A DNA stretch of 59,305 nt, the filler included, from Catajapyx aquilonaris (taxonomy: Eukaryota): assembly GCA_000934665.2 (NCBI GenBank). It is 4 parts of 4 records of this genome, joined end to end, with 100 filler letters (N's around TTAATTAATTAA, not from the genome) between each part and the next. Parts side by side here need not be neighbours in the genome. Positions count along the whole stretch, not along the records: positions 28,494 to 42,637 come from JYFJ02007866.1; positions 42,738 to 59,305 come from JYFJ02007867.1; 2 more parts are not named here. One strand, 5' to 3'. Shown in pieces: positions 35,210 to 48,668 of this stretch. Below the pieces are notes generated by a model. The model was not told where the DNA came from. It saw only the letters and a list, made by a program, of their open reading frames with translations, and did not search any database. A program made the translations under genes and the position numbers. How positions within the stretch are numbered: position 1 is the first letter of the stretch; the number at the start of each line of letters is the position of its first letter.

Positions 35210-36170
35210 CATGAATACCTTGAATAGCTAATACGTTATAATTATGACACAGAAATTGATTAGCTACTTGCAGCTACTTTAAAAACTGGAATACCTTGAA
35301 TAATGGTTACTTACATAGCTACTTGAAGTGCTACTTGACTAGCTTGAATAACTGATACTCCATATAACCTCTAAAACCATGATCAGTTACTTGAATAGCT
35401 ACTTAAATGTATTGAATTTCTTGAAGGTCTATACTTGAATGGCTTGAATAGCCAATATGCATCCTCTAAAATAACTGATTAACCTCTTGAGTAGCTGTTT
35501 GAATGGCTACTTTATTAACTTGAATAGCTGTTTGAACAGCTACTTTATTAACTTGAATAGCTGTTTGAACAGCTACTTTATTAACTTGAATAGCTGTTTG
35601 AACAGCTACTTTATTAACTTGAATAGCTGTTTGAACAGCTACTTTATTAACTTGAATACTTGAATGGTTACTTAAATAGCTACTGTAAACTTACTTGAAG
35701 AGATATTTGAATGGTTTGAACCAATACGCATCCTCTAAAATAACTGATTAGCTACTTGAATAGCTGTTTGAACAGCTACTTTATTAATTTGAATACCTCG
35801 AATCGTTACGTAAATAGTTACGGTATGATACCCTGAAGAAAGACATAAATGGCTTGAATAGCCAATAATGTGCATCCTCTAAAATAACTGATTAGCTACT
35901 TGAATAACTGCTTGAACACCTAATTTAATAACGTGAATAGTCACTTAAATAGCTAATTTTGAACATCTACTTGACAAGCTGCCGGAGCAACTAATTTTAT
36001 AACGTGGATAGTCACTTAAATAGCTAATTTTGAATAGCTACTTGACTAGATATAATAGCTAATGGTCCAGACAACTACTAAAATAACAGATTGGCTACTT
36101 GAAGAGCTTTAAGTGCTACTTGACTAGCTTGAATAGCTAATACGTCAGACAATCACTAAAATAACTGGTT
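35210..36170. repeat. Degenerate array with a 33-bp core minisatellite
   Basis: TTGAATAGCTGTTTGAACAGCTACTTTATTAAC is tandem at ~35490-35660, with dispersed GCTACTTGAATAGCT variants around it. Confidence 0.85.
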
Positions 36171-38284
36171 AAAATAAGCAGCTAAGTGCCAGACGTTGCT
36201 TTCGGCTCCGACGAAAACGTGAAACTGTCTCATGGGTCTTGCTTTAACTGTCATCATAACCTGGCTGAATGTCATCTGAGTCGTGATGCCTCTTCTCCTC
36301 CTGCCTCACCTTCCCTCCCCTCTTCTGTGGCCATGTCCAAGAGACACAACAAGCCCATCTGTCTGGCGAGGCTCCGGCCAAGAAATGGAAACTGCTTTGC
36401 TGCGCCACAGCTAACGACCTCTGGTGGCAGTGGCTGGGAGGGGATTGAGGGAGAAGAGGCAGCGGGATTTGAAGTGGGGAGGGAAGAGGTAGAAGGAAGG
36501 AGGAGGAGGAGGAGGAGGGGGGAAAATCTCACCCCGGGTCCTCTTGGAAAACGGGCCACTCCATCGCCCAACCGCCGAAATTAATCCGGGCCAAGCCTTC
36601 CAGGGGGCTTCGCCGCAAGTCGTCGGTGACAAGTGTGACGGGAGGGAAAACGACGGGAGGAGAGGAGATAGTGAGGGTCCAAAATGGGGGAATCGTGACG
36701 TCAACAGGGGGAAGGAGGAAAGGCGACACCTGTTTTTGGCAGGGAGAAGAGGCCATGTTTGCGAACTGTGGTGATGACAAGGCGGAATTTTAGATATGGC
36801 CCATAGGGTTGGGTACTGGTTGAATTATAAGGGTTGTCTCTCAAGAAGTCTCTAAACGTAGATGGCGCATCCTCTCTGCACACTACTGCCACTTAAAAGA
36901 TAGCAGAATACGGTAGCAGAGTAGCATTAGCTGCTACTTCTGCCTTTGATGTAAAGCAGCTAATTTTTAGCAGTTATTGAGTAGCAGCGTTGCTATTTTC
37001 GTCACACCAACCTACTCTCTACGGGTGAGAAGTGATAAGGGCGCGCGATAAGAGGGTTTCTGCTCAAATTAGGGACGGAGTAGTTGGCCTTACTGCCGTG
37101 CGGGAAGCATCAGGGTGAGTGGTGGCTGTGGGCACTGGCTGCGTCCGAAGCAGCGAGTGTGCGAGGTTAGGCAGGCATCTCGTATGACAAACATCTCGTA
37201 TGATTACTGTGAAGAAATGTCTATACGCCAGGTATTTTCCTGTTGCACATTTTCGGTGGTTCCTGTGGCAGCCGTAGCGAATGCGTCGTCTCGAAATATC
37301 AATACTTCCCGATCGGACTGCGTTTCGGACGCAGGCACAGCCCCCAGCCGCCAGTCGCCCTGTCGTCTCCCGCACGGCACTAAGGACTACTCCTTCCCAA
37401 ATATGTGGGTAAAATGTTGCTAAACACATCCGCCATTTTGAATCCACTAGTTTTGCCACGCGCCCACCTTTTGCTCCGGACAATTCATCACACAAGAATG
37501 GTCATTACTCGCAATTAGGCCCAGGACCAATTTTAGCCAGCACCTACCTCTCATTAAAACCCGGCGCCAGACCTAAACCATTCCAGACCCAGCCTAATGG
37601 AGTAGGCACAAACAACTCGGTCCCCTTTCCCTTCAGGGCAAGCGTGAAATGAAACCATGTCTAAACCCGCCCAGTGTAGAGAGGAAGGGTAGCCTACTTG
37701 AAGCCCATTAGGCCCAAGTGTCAGCCAATCGCTGCCATTTCACGCAAGGTGCCTTTGTTATTACAACCCTCCGCTATCTGCCTGGCCTGCTTAATTTCAG
37801 TAGCTGGGGTTGGCCCCCCTGCTCGAGTAATTATTTTTTAGCGGGGGTACGGGCATAATTATGTGCGGACCACGTATGTAGGGGGAGTGCACCAATTAGA
37901 AAAATTAAACGGGTTAAAAGCCGGTCTTTTACAGTCGTCATTAGTGAGGGCCCTTGTTAGCAGACGGTCACTAAGCGCGACGGGTCTTGAAAGGTTTTAA
38001 CAAACAAAACTGGCCACTGGGTAGATTGGCCTAAAATGGGTTGAAAATGTAGAGGCAAGAATTGACGGAAAACTGGCCGGTAAGGAGATAGACAACTTTG
38101 AACTTGTGAGGGTGCCCCTTAGACACACGCGGCCACCCGCCCTGGAACATACGCACTAAATCGTTATAAAAATTAACAAATTCAAAAATTTAATACACTT
38201 AATTTTGTAAAAAGGCAAATAATAATCAACAATAAGAATTTAGTACTCCACTCTTCTTATATACAGTCGGGGAAACCTCTCGAT

Positions 38285-39495
38285 CACTATATTTTGAGCG
38301 AACGGATTCGAGTATTTTTCACTCAGATTGATCCAAAAACGACTCAATTTCAGCGAAATAAGTTTTACTTAATTGAGTAAAACTTATTTCGCTGAATTTG
38401 AGTCGTTTTTGGATCAATCTGAGTAATAGCCTTCTCCTCTTTCGAGTAACCGGAACCTTCAACTCGATTTGAGTGAAAGCATAATTATCGTTGCTTAGGA
38501 AATTTCACTCAAATATAGAATTTTGAATAACATTTCCACTCGATTTGAGTGATAGCCAATCGCTGTGTATGAAAATTCACTCAAAAATATCATTTTTGAA
38601 AATTTCCAGTCGAAAATTTTAGACACCGGAACGGACGGATACAAGTATTTGTGACTCTGATTGAGCCAAAAATCACTGAAATTGAGCAAAATGGATTTCA
38701 CTCCATACTCACTCATAATTTTCGAGTAATGTTTCACTTCATTTGAGTGAAATCAAATCGTTGCGTAGTGAAGTTAACTCAAAAAGAGCAATTTGAAAAT
38801 ATATTTTTCACTCGAATTTTTTTAGAGAAACCGGAGCAAACGGATTCTAGTATTTGTCACTCAGATTGAGCTGAAAATCACTTAGATTCCGATCGAAATG
38901 GGTTTCACTCAATGAAAGTGTAACCTGTCACTAATTTTCACACTTTATCGAATGATTTTCCACTCGGTATGAGTTAAATTAAATCGTTGTGGAGTGAAAT
39001 TCACTCAAAAATAGCATACTCCGAAATTGCTAATTTTTGAGTGAAATTTTCACTCGAATTTTTTTAAAGGTATCAGACTTGAAGCTCAAATTCGTCTCAC
39101 ATTATCTATAGGTAGGATCTCTTGCAAGCTAAATAATAATTAAAATTTAGTAATGGGCTCCTCTTACGCAGTCGTGGAAGTGAGGTTGAGGAGAAACCCC
39201 GCTACCGCTCGCTTTGAGCGAACTGATTTGAGTGCTTTTTTTACTCAGATTTAGCCAAAATTCATTCAAATTGAGGGGCGCAATGGGTTTCACTCACGTT
39301 CACTCTCCTTTCGAGTAGCATTCCACTAGATTTGAGTTAAATTAAATACTGTAATGGAGAAGTAAAAATCACTCAAAATGGTCCTATTTTGAGTGAAATT
39401 TTCACTCGAAATTATTTATAGAGTAAGGTAAGACTTGAAGCTCAAATTCGTCTGACACTATGTATATAGGTATAGGATTTCTTGGAGGCTAATTT
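38285..39495. repeat. Tandemly iterated CACTC/GAGTG-rich MITE-like units, including a 104-bp palindrome at 38321-38424
   Basis: Recurring ACGGAT...CACTCAGATTGAGC..AAAATCACT...TTGAGTGAAATTTTCACTCGAA; the flank GACTTGAAGCTCAAATTCGTCT is duplicated at ~39076 and ~39432. Confidence 0.75.
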
Positions 39496-40337
39496 GAAGT
39501 TCAGGTCTGCTACCTTACTCATTTCCGCTACTGTAGCCTACAGCTCTTCTCCGGAAAGACAAACTCTTTTAACATCCGCCACCAGATGTCCCCTCATTGT
39601 TGGCAATTCTCCCACCGGCTGGCCATATACACCCCACGCACAAATCACTCCCGGCCCATTAGCCCTCACACTAGGTGCAAACGGCCACATTCTACCGAGG
39701 CCTGATAGCCGCCATCTTTACCCTCCATTCCCACCAATCCAGCGACAGGAAACAATCCGCAACAATTGGGCGCCCCAAACGCACCACAAACTTACGCAGC
39801 CCTGTCACAACCCCCATAGTTAAGCGATGAGATACATGCCGCTAGATGGTGCTCGTTCTCATAACAATTAGGGACAGCGAATGGCGGCCATCCAATGAGC
39901 GACGCTGATTCCACGCGACGCTTGACGCTCATGGACGCTTCCCGTCATGCCAAATAGGACTAAATCTTAATGAAAGTCGCTTCATCGCCACGCTTATCTG
40001 CACTTTGCGACAATTTGCCATCGCAGGTGTATTAAGCGGGTTGGAAGCATGGGATAGGGTTACATAATGCATGGGGTATGGTAGAGGGAAGTGCATTGGC
40101 TCAATTATAGGGTGGGTGTTAAATTGTAAACTGTTCAATGAAAAGGGGGTTATCAGGTGGCGCCTGGTACTGTGCGAGCGTGGGAAGCGTGAGAATAACG
40201 AGCGTGAGAAGCGAGCGTGCGTGAGATTCGGGCTGTTCGAATGGTAGCCGTCGGAACACACCTAAACTTCCTGGAGCGGTAAAGATACTCTTAAATAAGG
40301 TGTAGCACAATAATATAGCACGATTTACTGGATATTA

Positions 40338-40671
40338 CAATTGAATCCGGATATAACAGACTTCAATAAGGGGGCAATTTCTTCTGCAGTCGATTTCTTG
40401 CCAAATGTACGAGAAAAAACGAATTATTTTGACCTTTTCTGCATGTTAGATCAGTGACAGATGGGAAAATCACCCCTGCTGTGCTTTCCCCAAGTGGGAA
40501 AGAAAGATGAGTAATCAAAAACATCATATTTTCCCGCTGAGGGGGCCTAAAATGGTTTGTTATACCCGAGGTGACGTGAAAACGAGTATGTGATTTCAGG
40601 AGGTCGGAAAAATTGCGAGACCAGCTTTTCGAGTCTGTTATAACCGAGGCTGTTATATCCGGATTCAATTG
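40338..40671. mobile_element. pogo/Tigger-like MITE
   Basis: Perfect 22-bp TIR CAATTGAATCCGGATATAACAG with TA on both sides. Confidence 0.9.
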
Positions 40672-40818
40672 TATATAGTCACAGAAAGAAGTTACGTGAC
40701 GCCTCTCACTAAAGGGCAGTAAAGTCCGGGTGTGGACCGCTCTATTGTATGGGAAGTCGTGATACGGCCTGGTTCCGGGTCTATCGTAATAAATGTGTTG
40801 CTCCTAACCTGCATTATT

Positions 40819-41265
40819 TATTTATTTATTTATTCATTTATTTATTTATTTTGGTTCCCCCTTGAGTCCAATTGGTCAATGCAGGGGGAGGAGATCTCCT
40901 CCATTTTCTAAACTTTTCAATCTCACCGGTGCGGTGCAGGGACAGGGAAGGGATAGGGAGGGAGGAACAAAGGTGCAGTGCATTGTCCTGTGGTGGGGGC
41001 CGTGTGCAGTCCCTCAGGGGGCCAAGCTTAGACACCCCCCTAGGCGCGGCCGGAAGCCCCCCACCGAATACCGCGCCTCCTCCAGGGCAGGGAAAGGAAG
41101 GAAGCGGCTGTGGCCTATTTAACGGTACGATCTCGGGATTCCCCTGGGGTGACCTTGGAAAACCACAGAAAACCAAGGTCAGGACCGCTGGCCTCCGGGA
41201 CTCGAACCCAGGACCTCCCGATTAGCAGTCAGACACCATTTCCACTACACCACTACTGCTTCGGT
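40819..41265 (-). mobile_element. Full-length tRNA-derived SINE (Lm1/Talua-like central domain) with (TAAA)n tail
   Basis: Minus-strand box A TGGTGTAGTGG and box B GGTTCGAGTCCC; body GGTTTTCTGTGGTTTTCC...AGGCCACAGCCGCTTCCTTCC; 18-bp TSD CTCCTAACCTGCATTATT (40801-40818 and 41266-41283). Confidence 0.92.
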
Positions 41266-42637
41266 CTCCTAACCTGCATTATTGGACCACGACCACGACC
41301 CTGAGTGACCCAGCGGGGTCAGGGGTAGCCCGCAGCAACCCCTCATTCTTTTGCTAGCTCTTAGTCGCATGTCGTGATTCGGCCACCATCCGCCCGAATA
41401 CGATTTGCCACAGTGCCCGACTGCAGCGCCAAATCCGGGGTGGCGGAGGACTCGTTAAGTACGGCCATGTGGGAGTTGCAGGGCAGGTACGACCTGAGGT
41501 GGTGTAGCGTAGCCAGACCTGAAGCTCAGTTTAGCCTCCAAGAGACACGATCTTCCCCCTATATCGTAAAGATGAGTAAGGCTAATTTGATCTTCAGGTC
41601 TTACTCCTTTAAGTGTCTGTACCTTGAATTGTAAACTTGACCAGTGTTGCCAGATCCTTCCAATAGACAGTGTTGCCAGATAATCCGACTAATCAGCTGG
41701 CAACCCTCCCCGTCTATAAAGCATTCCACAACTCAACACCTCCCACTCCCTCCCCAATTGCCCTTCCCTCCCCCTCATCCGTCCTCCTCAACAAAGCTGG
41801 CACAATAGTTTGGGGCCGTAAAGCGAACAAGCTGCACCTGAGTGTGATCTAGGGTATAATAGCCTCCCTTTCTCTCCCCCCCTCTCCCCCGGCAGTCTAA
41901 GGACATTGGCAAAGTTTGGTTAATGTGCTGCGAATCCAGCGGCTCGCTTTTCCCGAGGTGGAGCCACTGTCGTGGGGAGGGGGGAGAGCGAGCGAGCAAC
42001 ACTCCACTTTGTCGCAGGCAATGGCCACGATAAAAGCTGTCGGAATGGCCAGCTATTGAACCCCGGGTGTCATTCAACCCCCTTTTGCAATGGTGGGGGT
42101 AGCGTCTCGGGGAGGAAATGGGAGGGAGAGGAGGAAGGAGGAAGATGACATCATTCCTCATCTATTGGTGCAGGACGATGGCTATTCAAAACGTGGAGAA
42201 TCGGGAGGGAAAACCGCTAAGAAGATTCGGTTACTGGGACGGTGGCTGAGGGAGAAGAGGTTCCACCGGAGGTGGCTGGGGAGGAAGAGCTTCGACCAGA
42301 GGTGGATGAGAGTGAAGAGGCTTGAAAATGGAGAGCTTCCGCTTCTGTTGGCTACTATGTAGCTACACTGTACTCCCTATTATCAGTGCATGACTAAAAC
42401 AAGAAATGTTCGAAAAGTATCAATTTTTCTCACAAACAAAGATACTTCTTCCATAAGACGTACTAACTAAAAAAAATTATGGATTTTTTTTTAAATTTTT
42501 GATTAAACCTTGTACATGGTGTTAATCCTAAGCGTGTCACCAGAAAAGGTGGTGGTAGAGGGCGCAGGTGTGAGCATTTTTGCATAAGGAACTAGGGGTC
42601 GGAAACGCACCCTCACCGAATCACTCCCACACTGCCT

Positions 42638-42737
42638 NNNNNNNNNNNNNNNNNNNNNNNNNNNNNNNNNNNNNNNNNNNNTTAATTAATTAANNNNNNN
42701 NNNNNNNNNNNNNNNNNNNNNNNNNNNNNNNNNNNNN
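42638..42737. other. Artificial scaffold-concatenation linker
   Basis: N44-TTAATTAATTAA-N44. Confidence 0.97.
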
Positions 42738-42831
42738 TGAAGGGAGATTACATCGATAAAAAATGACATTGTGAGAGTTGTAACACATGTCCTTCATACC
42801 TAGGTAGATAACTTTTTGACCCTCCCTCGTA
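42738..42831. mobile_element. Mariner-like terminus
   Basis: AACTTTTTGACCCTCCCTCG|TA (reverse complement TACGAGGGAGGGTCAAAAAGTT), followed by (TA)n. Confidence 0.6.
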
Positions 42832-43009
42832 TATATATATATATATAATAGTTCGTTGCTTAATCCATGCTGCGTCGTTTAAACCCGCACATGACTTTTG
42901 CCCCATCCTGTATACAATATTAATAGCCATTACTTACATATAATCATATTAATTGGAAGTTTGTACCTTTATTCACTCGATGAGCAGAATATTGTTAAGG
43001 TGTATAGAG

Positions 43010-43500
43010 GAAAAACTGAGCAGGTCTATGTGAAGACAATCGCACTAATGTGGGGAAAATAAATAATTCCTATTTACAAGAGTTTTCAGAAGGAAGATTT
43101 TACGGGTATTAAACTGGAATAATTATTGCTTGAGTAAGACCTATATGGTGCAGTTTTAATCCATTTATTGGTGAAGCACTTATGTATGCCTGCCTTGTTT
43201 TATAATATTTTATTCCGCCACAGAGGCCTTAATATCTTTTTTTACTGAAGGGAATATGGTTTTGGCCTTATTATTAGTGCACATTCGTCGGGAAAATGAA
43301 CCTTTGTACAGGACTTTTCAGTATAGTGAATTTGTCTAACAACACACGGCAGGATGCAGCGCGAGGTACCGATGCTTCATGTCAGCATCTGATAGTTCAT
43401 TCACAAACATGTGTTGTGGTCTCGCATTGTTGACCGTGGTATTTTAAGTTCAGCGGTTCGTTAACGAGTTGATTTCGTAAGGGAATTGGAATTGGAAATA
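43010..43500 (-). pseudogene. Decayed Tc1/mariner transposase fragment
   Basis: Manual translation KSTR*RTAELKIPRSTMRD / FVNELSDADMKHR / KVHFPDECAL resembles the HTH region and first catalytic Asp (FSDE). Confidence 0.65.
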
Positions 43501-44598
43501 GCAGCAACATGTTTCAAATCGCATTTAATTTCGTCCACTTTACAATCATATCTTTCACACAAATGTTGTAAAATATGTGGCGTCAGACAATATCGCTATT
43601 TTGTATCTGCAGATGTTGCACCTGTTGAAGTGTGTTAAGGTACGGTTAAAAACTGTACGTAAGTGTTTATACACTCATGTATAAAAATGTGTTTGATTTG
43701 CAGTATTCATTAATATATAGCATTCTGTAATCAGGTTTTATAATCATTTATAGGAGGCTATATTTATTCGGACTGCACGGGTGCACTCACTGGCGTACTG
43801 CTGGGGGTGGGGCGGGGAGAGGGGAGTTGGACACACCCCCCATTGGGGAAAAATAACATTCACCCTACGTGAGTCATGTAAAAATTCGGTTACACCAATT
43901 TGGCTCAGTGCATTTTACCAATAGTGCTGAACAAAGGCCAAATCCCCAAATTCTGCTGTCACTTACAAAAACTACGGTATATTTATTCACAGTATAGGTA
44001 CAGTGTAATCTGACTTATTAGAATGAGACATTCGACAACGGTCGACGGAGGTTCTGATTAGAATTCTTCGTGCTTGATTGCTGTTATAGGTACACATGAG
44101 CGAAGCGAACGACTATTGATTCGTCGCTTTAGCTGCAGGACCAACCTTTTCTCGCATCCAATGATTGGAAGCAAGAAACGGGTCGAATTCAGAAAGATCT
44201 GGCATATTGAAGCTAACATATACAATACATATACTGCAGGATCACGAAGTGCGATGATACAAGGCGTGGCCAAGTCCCCCCCCCCCCTCCACCCGTCTCC
44301 CCCTTCTCTTTTAGTTTTCTCTTTGTGGGCATCACCACCTCCTTCCTTTCACTTTTCTCTCCACCAATGCTGGGCAAGAACTAGCTCATAGTGGCATATT
44401 GTTTTCCCCACCAAAGTCACAAAATCCCACGCATAAAAAATGTCAGCGCACTCTTCTGGCCATGTCTTTAGGTTTCGGTCTTCGGCTCTTTTTGTAGATT
44501 ATAGATAGTAACGTTCTTCATATACGTAGTTTCTGCTTGCCGACTGACGGACGGATACGGTCCCATGTGCTTTAGACTATTAATAACAATTCTAATTC

Positions 44599-44614
<16 letters not shown>

Positions 44615-44655
<41 letters not shown>

Positions 44656-44760
44656 TTTTAATATGTAATCGCCAGCCCAGTATATAAACTAGTCCTCCTT
44701 CCCTATATCCTTGGAGGTTGAAAGGCAACGCTGGGCCAACCTTAAAGTACTACTAGAGTA
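44615..44760 (-). mobile_element. Probable LINE/SINE 3' end with (ATT)n tail
   Basis: (AAT)n run at ~44618-44650 next to a stem-forming GCCCAG...CTGGGC segment. Confidence 0.45.
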
Positions 44761-44991
44761 CTAGACACGGAGACAGGACGCACATCCAGACTGCACATAG
44801 TGTGCTGATTACACTCTTAAATTGGGCCATGGTAGGCCAACAAGTCACGACTCTTGTTCGCGAGTCATCATAACTAGCTATACGTCATAAATTCCAGAAG
44901 TATGATGCGGTCAAAACAGAATGCCAGAATCTCCTGCAAAATTGATTACATTGCTCGCTTATTCCTTCGTTGATATTGGCAAGCAGCATAA

Positions 44992-45153
44992 AGGTCTATT
45001 TTCATATCTGAGAATTGTCGAAAAATCGCGCGTGAGAATCGCAAGGGGTGTTTTCATTTATTGTTGGCAACAATACCCCTTGCGATTCGCACGCGCGTGA
45101 AAAGCCAAATTCGCCGCGATTTTTCGACAATTCGCGGATATGAGAATAGGCCT
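44992..45153. mobile_element. PIF/Harbinger-type (Tourist-like) hairpin MITE
   Basis: TAA|AGGTCTATTTTCATATCTGAGAATTGTCGAAAAATCGCG ... CGCGATTTTTCGACAATTCGCGGATATGAGAATAGGCCT|TAA; 3-bp TAA TSD. Confidence 0.8.
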
Positions 45154-46289
45154 TAACGCCTCACAAGGATAGGGAAAAATCGAAAAAATTCATCATAAAG
45201 ACAGTAAAAATATATTTCACCAAAATTTCGTGTTTCCTTGTAGGTTAGGTTAGTTTTAAATTTTAAATTTTGGAAAAACCTCACAAGGATAGGAATGCGC
45301 GCCTGGGTGGGTGTGGTGTGGGTGTGTGGATGGGTGTGGGTGTGTTGATACCGGTAATATCCACATGTTTCCAATGGGGGAGGTGTAGTGAGTGGGAAGT
45401 ACATACTTTTCGAGCGGGTTGCGTAACAATAAAACAAGGCTGCAATGCGAGTCATCAGCACTGAGAACTGGTGAGAACAAGGCGATTTCTAATTTAAAGC
45501 ATTTATTGGCAGCTCATTTCAAACATTATTTATTATTGAGAGAATAGGGCGTGACTTGGCAAAATTGTGGTAATTTTTACGTAGACCTACATGGTCCGGA
45601 CCCGGAATTATCGTATTCATATCATAATAATTTATTATGGTACATCTCATAACGTAGAGTTTCAGTCCTGCCTATAAGCTGATAGGGCTCGCGTCCCTAG
45701 CTAAATTCAAGGTTTGGCGAAGACTTTCACATTCACATGCTCATGATAAACAAGTGTCGAAACCAAGGGAATCGGCCGGAATCTGCTTTGTGTAAGGGGT
45801 CAGTGACAGCTTAAAACACCCAAACTTTGGAAGCTCCCTAAAGTCAGGGACATAGTGCTGGTAAAGGAGGGATCATAAAATAGACATGGCTACTTTCTCT
45901 AATTTTGAAGGGTGCAGGGCTACTGACCCTTTCTATACACAAAGGAAAAATGAATTTCTCAGAACTGCTGGCTTTATTGCTTGTCTTTGCTTTCCCTATT
46001 TCTTTGTAATTCAAGAATACGGCCCCGACAACATGCTCATAGGAAAATAGTTGCCTCCATTCGCAATGATAAGATTTGTGCGAATGGTTACATAATTATC
46101 TATTTTTTACACTTTTCGATTTTATTTTTTTGCAGTTTTCATTTTTTAGGTAAATTTGTAACATCGCGTCGCGTCGTTAAGGTGTAACGTCGGAAAATGG
46201 ATCGTCTTAAAAGGGGGGCTATCTGTATAGTTACTCTCAATGGTTATCTCGGGACGGCCCTGGCACTGTGATTGCTAAAGCTATGAAAA

Positions 46290-46473
46290 TATTTCGGATG
46301 CGCGGGAAAAAGAGCATAAGTAAAAAAAAAAAAAACTTTTGCGCGTTTCCCCCCTAATCCGAGTATTATCCATGAGGTGGATTAATAGAGTTAAATGCTC
46401 GGAATCGGGGGAAAAGCACATAAGTAAAAATATATTTTTTGACTTATGCTCTTTTTCTCGCGCATCCGAGATA
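46290..46473. repeat. Foldback/inverted repeat
   Basis: TCGGATGCGCGGGAAAAAGAGCATAAGT is mirrored by ACTTATGCTCTTTTTCTCGCGCATCCGA. Confidence 0.75.
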
Positions 46474-46869
46474 ATATATTCCCTTCCCACACATGCCTTG
46501 CTATAAACATATACGCATAATATGCTATAATAGAATACTGCAGGTAAGCGTCAATGATTGCATGTTCGCGATCTTCCTTTCAAGGTTTTCAGGACATTCT
46601 CCGGGAGCCTCAAGAGGGAGAAAAGAGGCTAAAAATATGAAACCAACCATTGGACCATCGAGACGATGCTTTGAGGCCAGGGGAGTGACCCCTTACAATC
46701 CCAAATAGCATAACGGGGAGCAAGGGGTGACAGCAGTGAAAAGGATCATAAAGACGCGGTTGACCTTGTTGTTGTAGACAAGAACATGGCATTGTAGGCT
46801 ATTCACTTCTGATGTTAGCTTTCCCTGTATAAGGCTCCAAAAAGGAACTTTTACTTATAGAAAAATGAA

Positions 46870-47550
46870 AGTAGTGTGCCTATCCGATCGGACTGGCTGC
46901 AAGTCCGCAAAGATTCGAAGGACTGCCTAAATGAAAGATTACGTACCCAAATCAGACAAAGGACCATTGGCCATTGCCTGCTACGTGGACGATGGACCTC
47001 TTCAGCTGCTTTACAACTTCGTCCTCTTGGCCATGAAGATGCCCCTACGTAAAAAAATGCCTTCCTTTGCTTCTTCACACAGAAGTGAGCTGGTTGTCTC
47101 GAGGAAAAGCAATAATTACGCACATTATTTTGTTTGATGGAGTTACAGAATGATGTACGATCATTTCAAGTGGATCCCAACTTTCATTTAGTAAACTTAT
47201 TGGCTAATGAAGGATGGCTCTACAAACTCTCGTATTTATCAGATATTTTTTGCCAAGATAATTATAATTTTTGATGCAGGCGACAGAATGCTCTCATCAT
47301 TTAAGAGAAATCTGCGGTTCCGGGCCGAATTTATTGAGGGTGGCAGTGTTTTTTTTCCACATACTTATGAAAGAACTACAAGAACGAACATCAGGTGGAG
47401 GCACCGCAGAAGGGGTGTTGCTAGGTGACATTCGCGAGCACATACGCTATACGATGTCTGAGCGATTTCATCGCGAAATCTGTTCCAACTGATCAGGAGC
47501 TAACACGAAGGAGTGTGTGACTGCATGGAGCATGGGTGATCAATTCATTT
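46870..47550 (+). pseudogene. hAT (Buster/Charlie/SPIN-like) transposase remnant
   Basis: Translation across frameshifts: LLAMKMP; LHTEVSWLSRGKA at ~47073 (canonical HTEVRWLSRGK); LANEGWLYKLSYLSDIF at ~47200-47250 (canonical WxxKLAYLxDIF). Confidence 0.85.
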
Positions 47551-47934
47551 GCCGTTATTTCTAAACCAACCTGCCTGGCATCAACTGTAATGAATGCCTC
47601 ATTATAACGAACGGATTTTTAGGTTTTTAAAAAAAACCAAATAGGTATAGGCATTATTAGGTCCTGAAAACCGTCAAAATATAGGTTCTTAAATAGGCAG
47701 TAAAATCAAGCAGGTGCTAATTTTTAAAAATTGCTATGCAGCCTATAGACTACTCTTGACCACGGACCACGGAAAAGCAGGTTAGCAAGGTAGCATTTTG
47801 TCAAAAACAAGATATGGCTGTATAGTCAAGAGAAGGTAGACTATACTCTATCTTCTACCTTTCACGCTATCCTGTCTTGATTACCGTTATGATGAAATAG
47901 TGAAATAATACTAAAGGGCATCGGCCGTTATCAG

Positions 47935-48192
47935 GATAACAAGATAGCAAGACATGAAGACAATAGCAGAATAGCAGGATAGCACATTAGCAGGATAGCA
48001 CATTAGCAGGATAGCAGATTAGCAGATTAGCAGGATAGCAGGATAGCAGATTAGCAGATTAGCAATTTAGCAGATTAGCAATTTAGCCGCTAGCTGCTAT
48101 TTCTGACTTTTTGAAATAGCTGCTAATATATTAGCTGCTATTCTACATTAGCAGCTATTGATTAGCAGCGTTGCTATTCTCTCCCCATCACT
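47935..48192. repeat. TAGCAG-rich microsatellite and element end shared with 36900-37010
   Basis: AGCAGGATAGCACATT/AGCAGATT tandem; TTAGCAG.TATTGA.TAGCAGCGTTGCTATT occurs here and at ~36967. Confidence 0.7.
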
Positions 48193-48668
48193 ACTCCGCT
48201 GTCCGCTCCCTCCCATTCCGTCTCCTCCCGCCAGCCAAGCCGGTTCCGGTCTGCACTGCAGCTCTGCCCGCTGCTCTGCCCCTGGGCCAACACGGGGCAG
48301 ACCACCCCCTCCATCATGGAACAGAGGTGAGTCTGGGGGGTACGCACCTAGGGTGGGGGCCAAGCACCCGGGGTTTGGGGACACTAGTCCAGGGAAGGGT
48401 TGGGTGGTTGTGACGCCTCGCCACCCACCCCAGGCATTCCATTGCTTTTTTGGTTCATTTTTGGGGGGCTTTTTCATCCATGGTTGGAACGGTGGGTGGC
48501 GGCTTCGTTGGCAGGGTAGCCTGCACTGTTCCGCAGACCAAGGGGGCCGGTTTGCGCTCAGTAGCATCGGTTGTGTACTGCGTGAAGTAAGCGCAGGTGG
48601 CCAGGTGGCAGGTTAGGTTCTATACCGCAGGTGCAAAGTGGTACAGTGCTGGAGCATTAATTCTGTCA

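Noticed and set aside
45740..45775. Penelope-type minimal hammerhead ribozyme
   Set aside because: GTCGAAAC is present, but the CTGANGA core is not intact (CTCATGA) and the stems do not close. No other convincing hammerhead was seen by eye.
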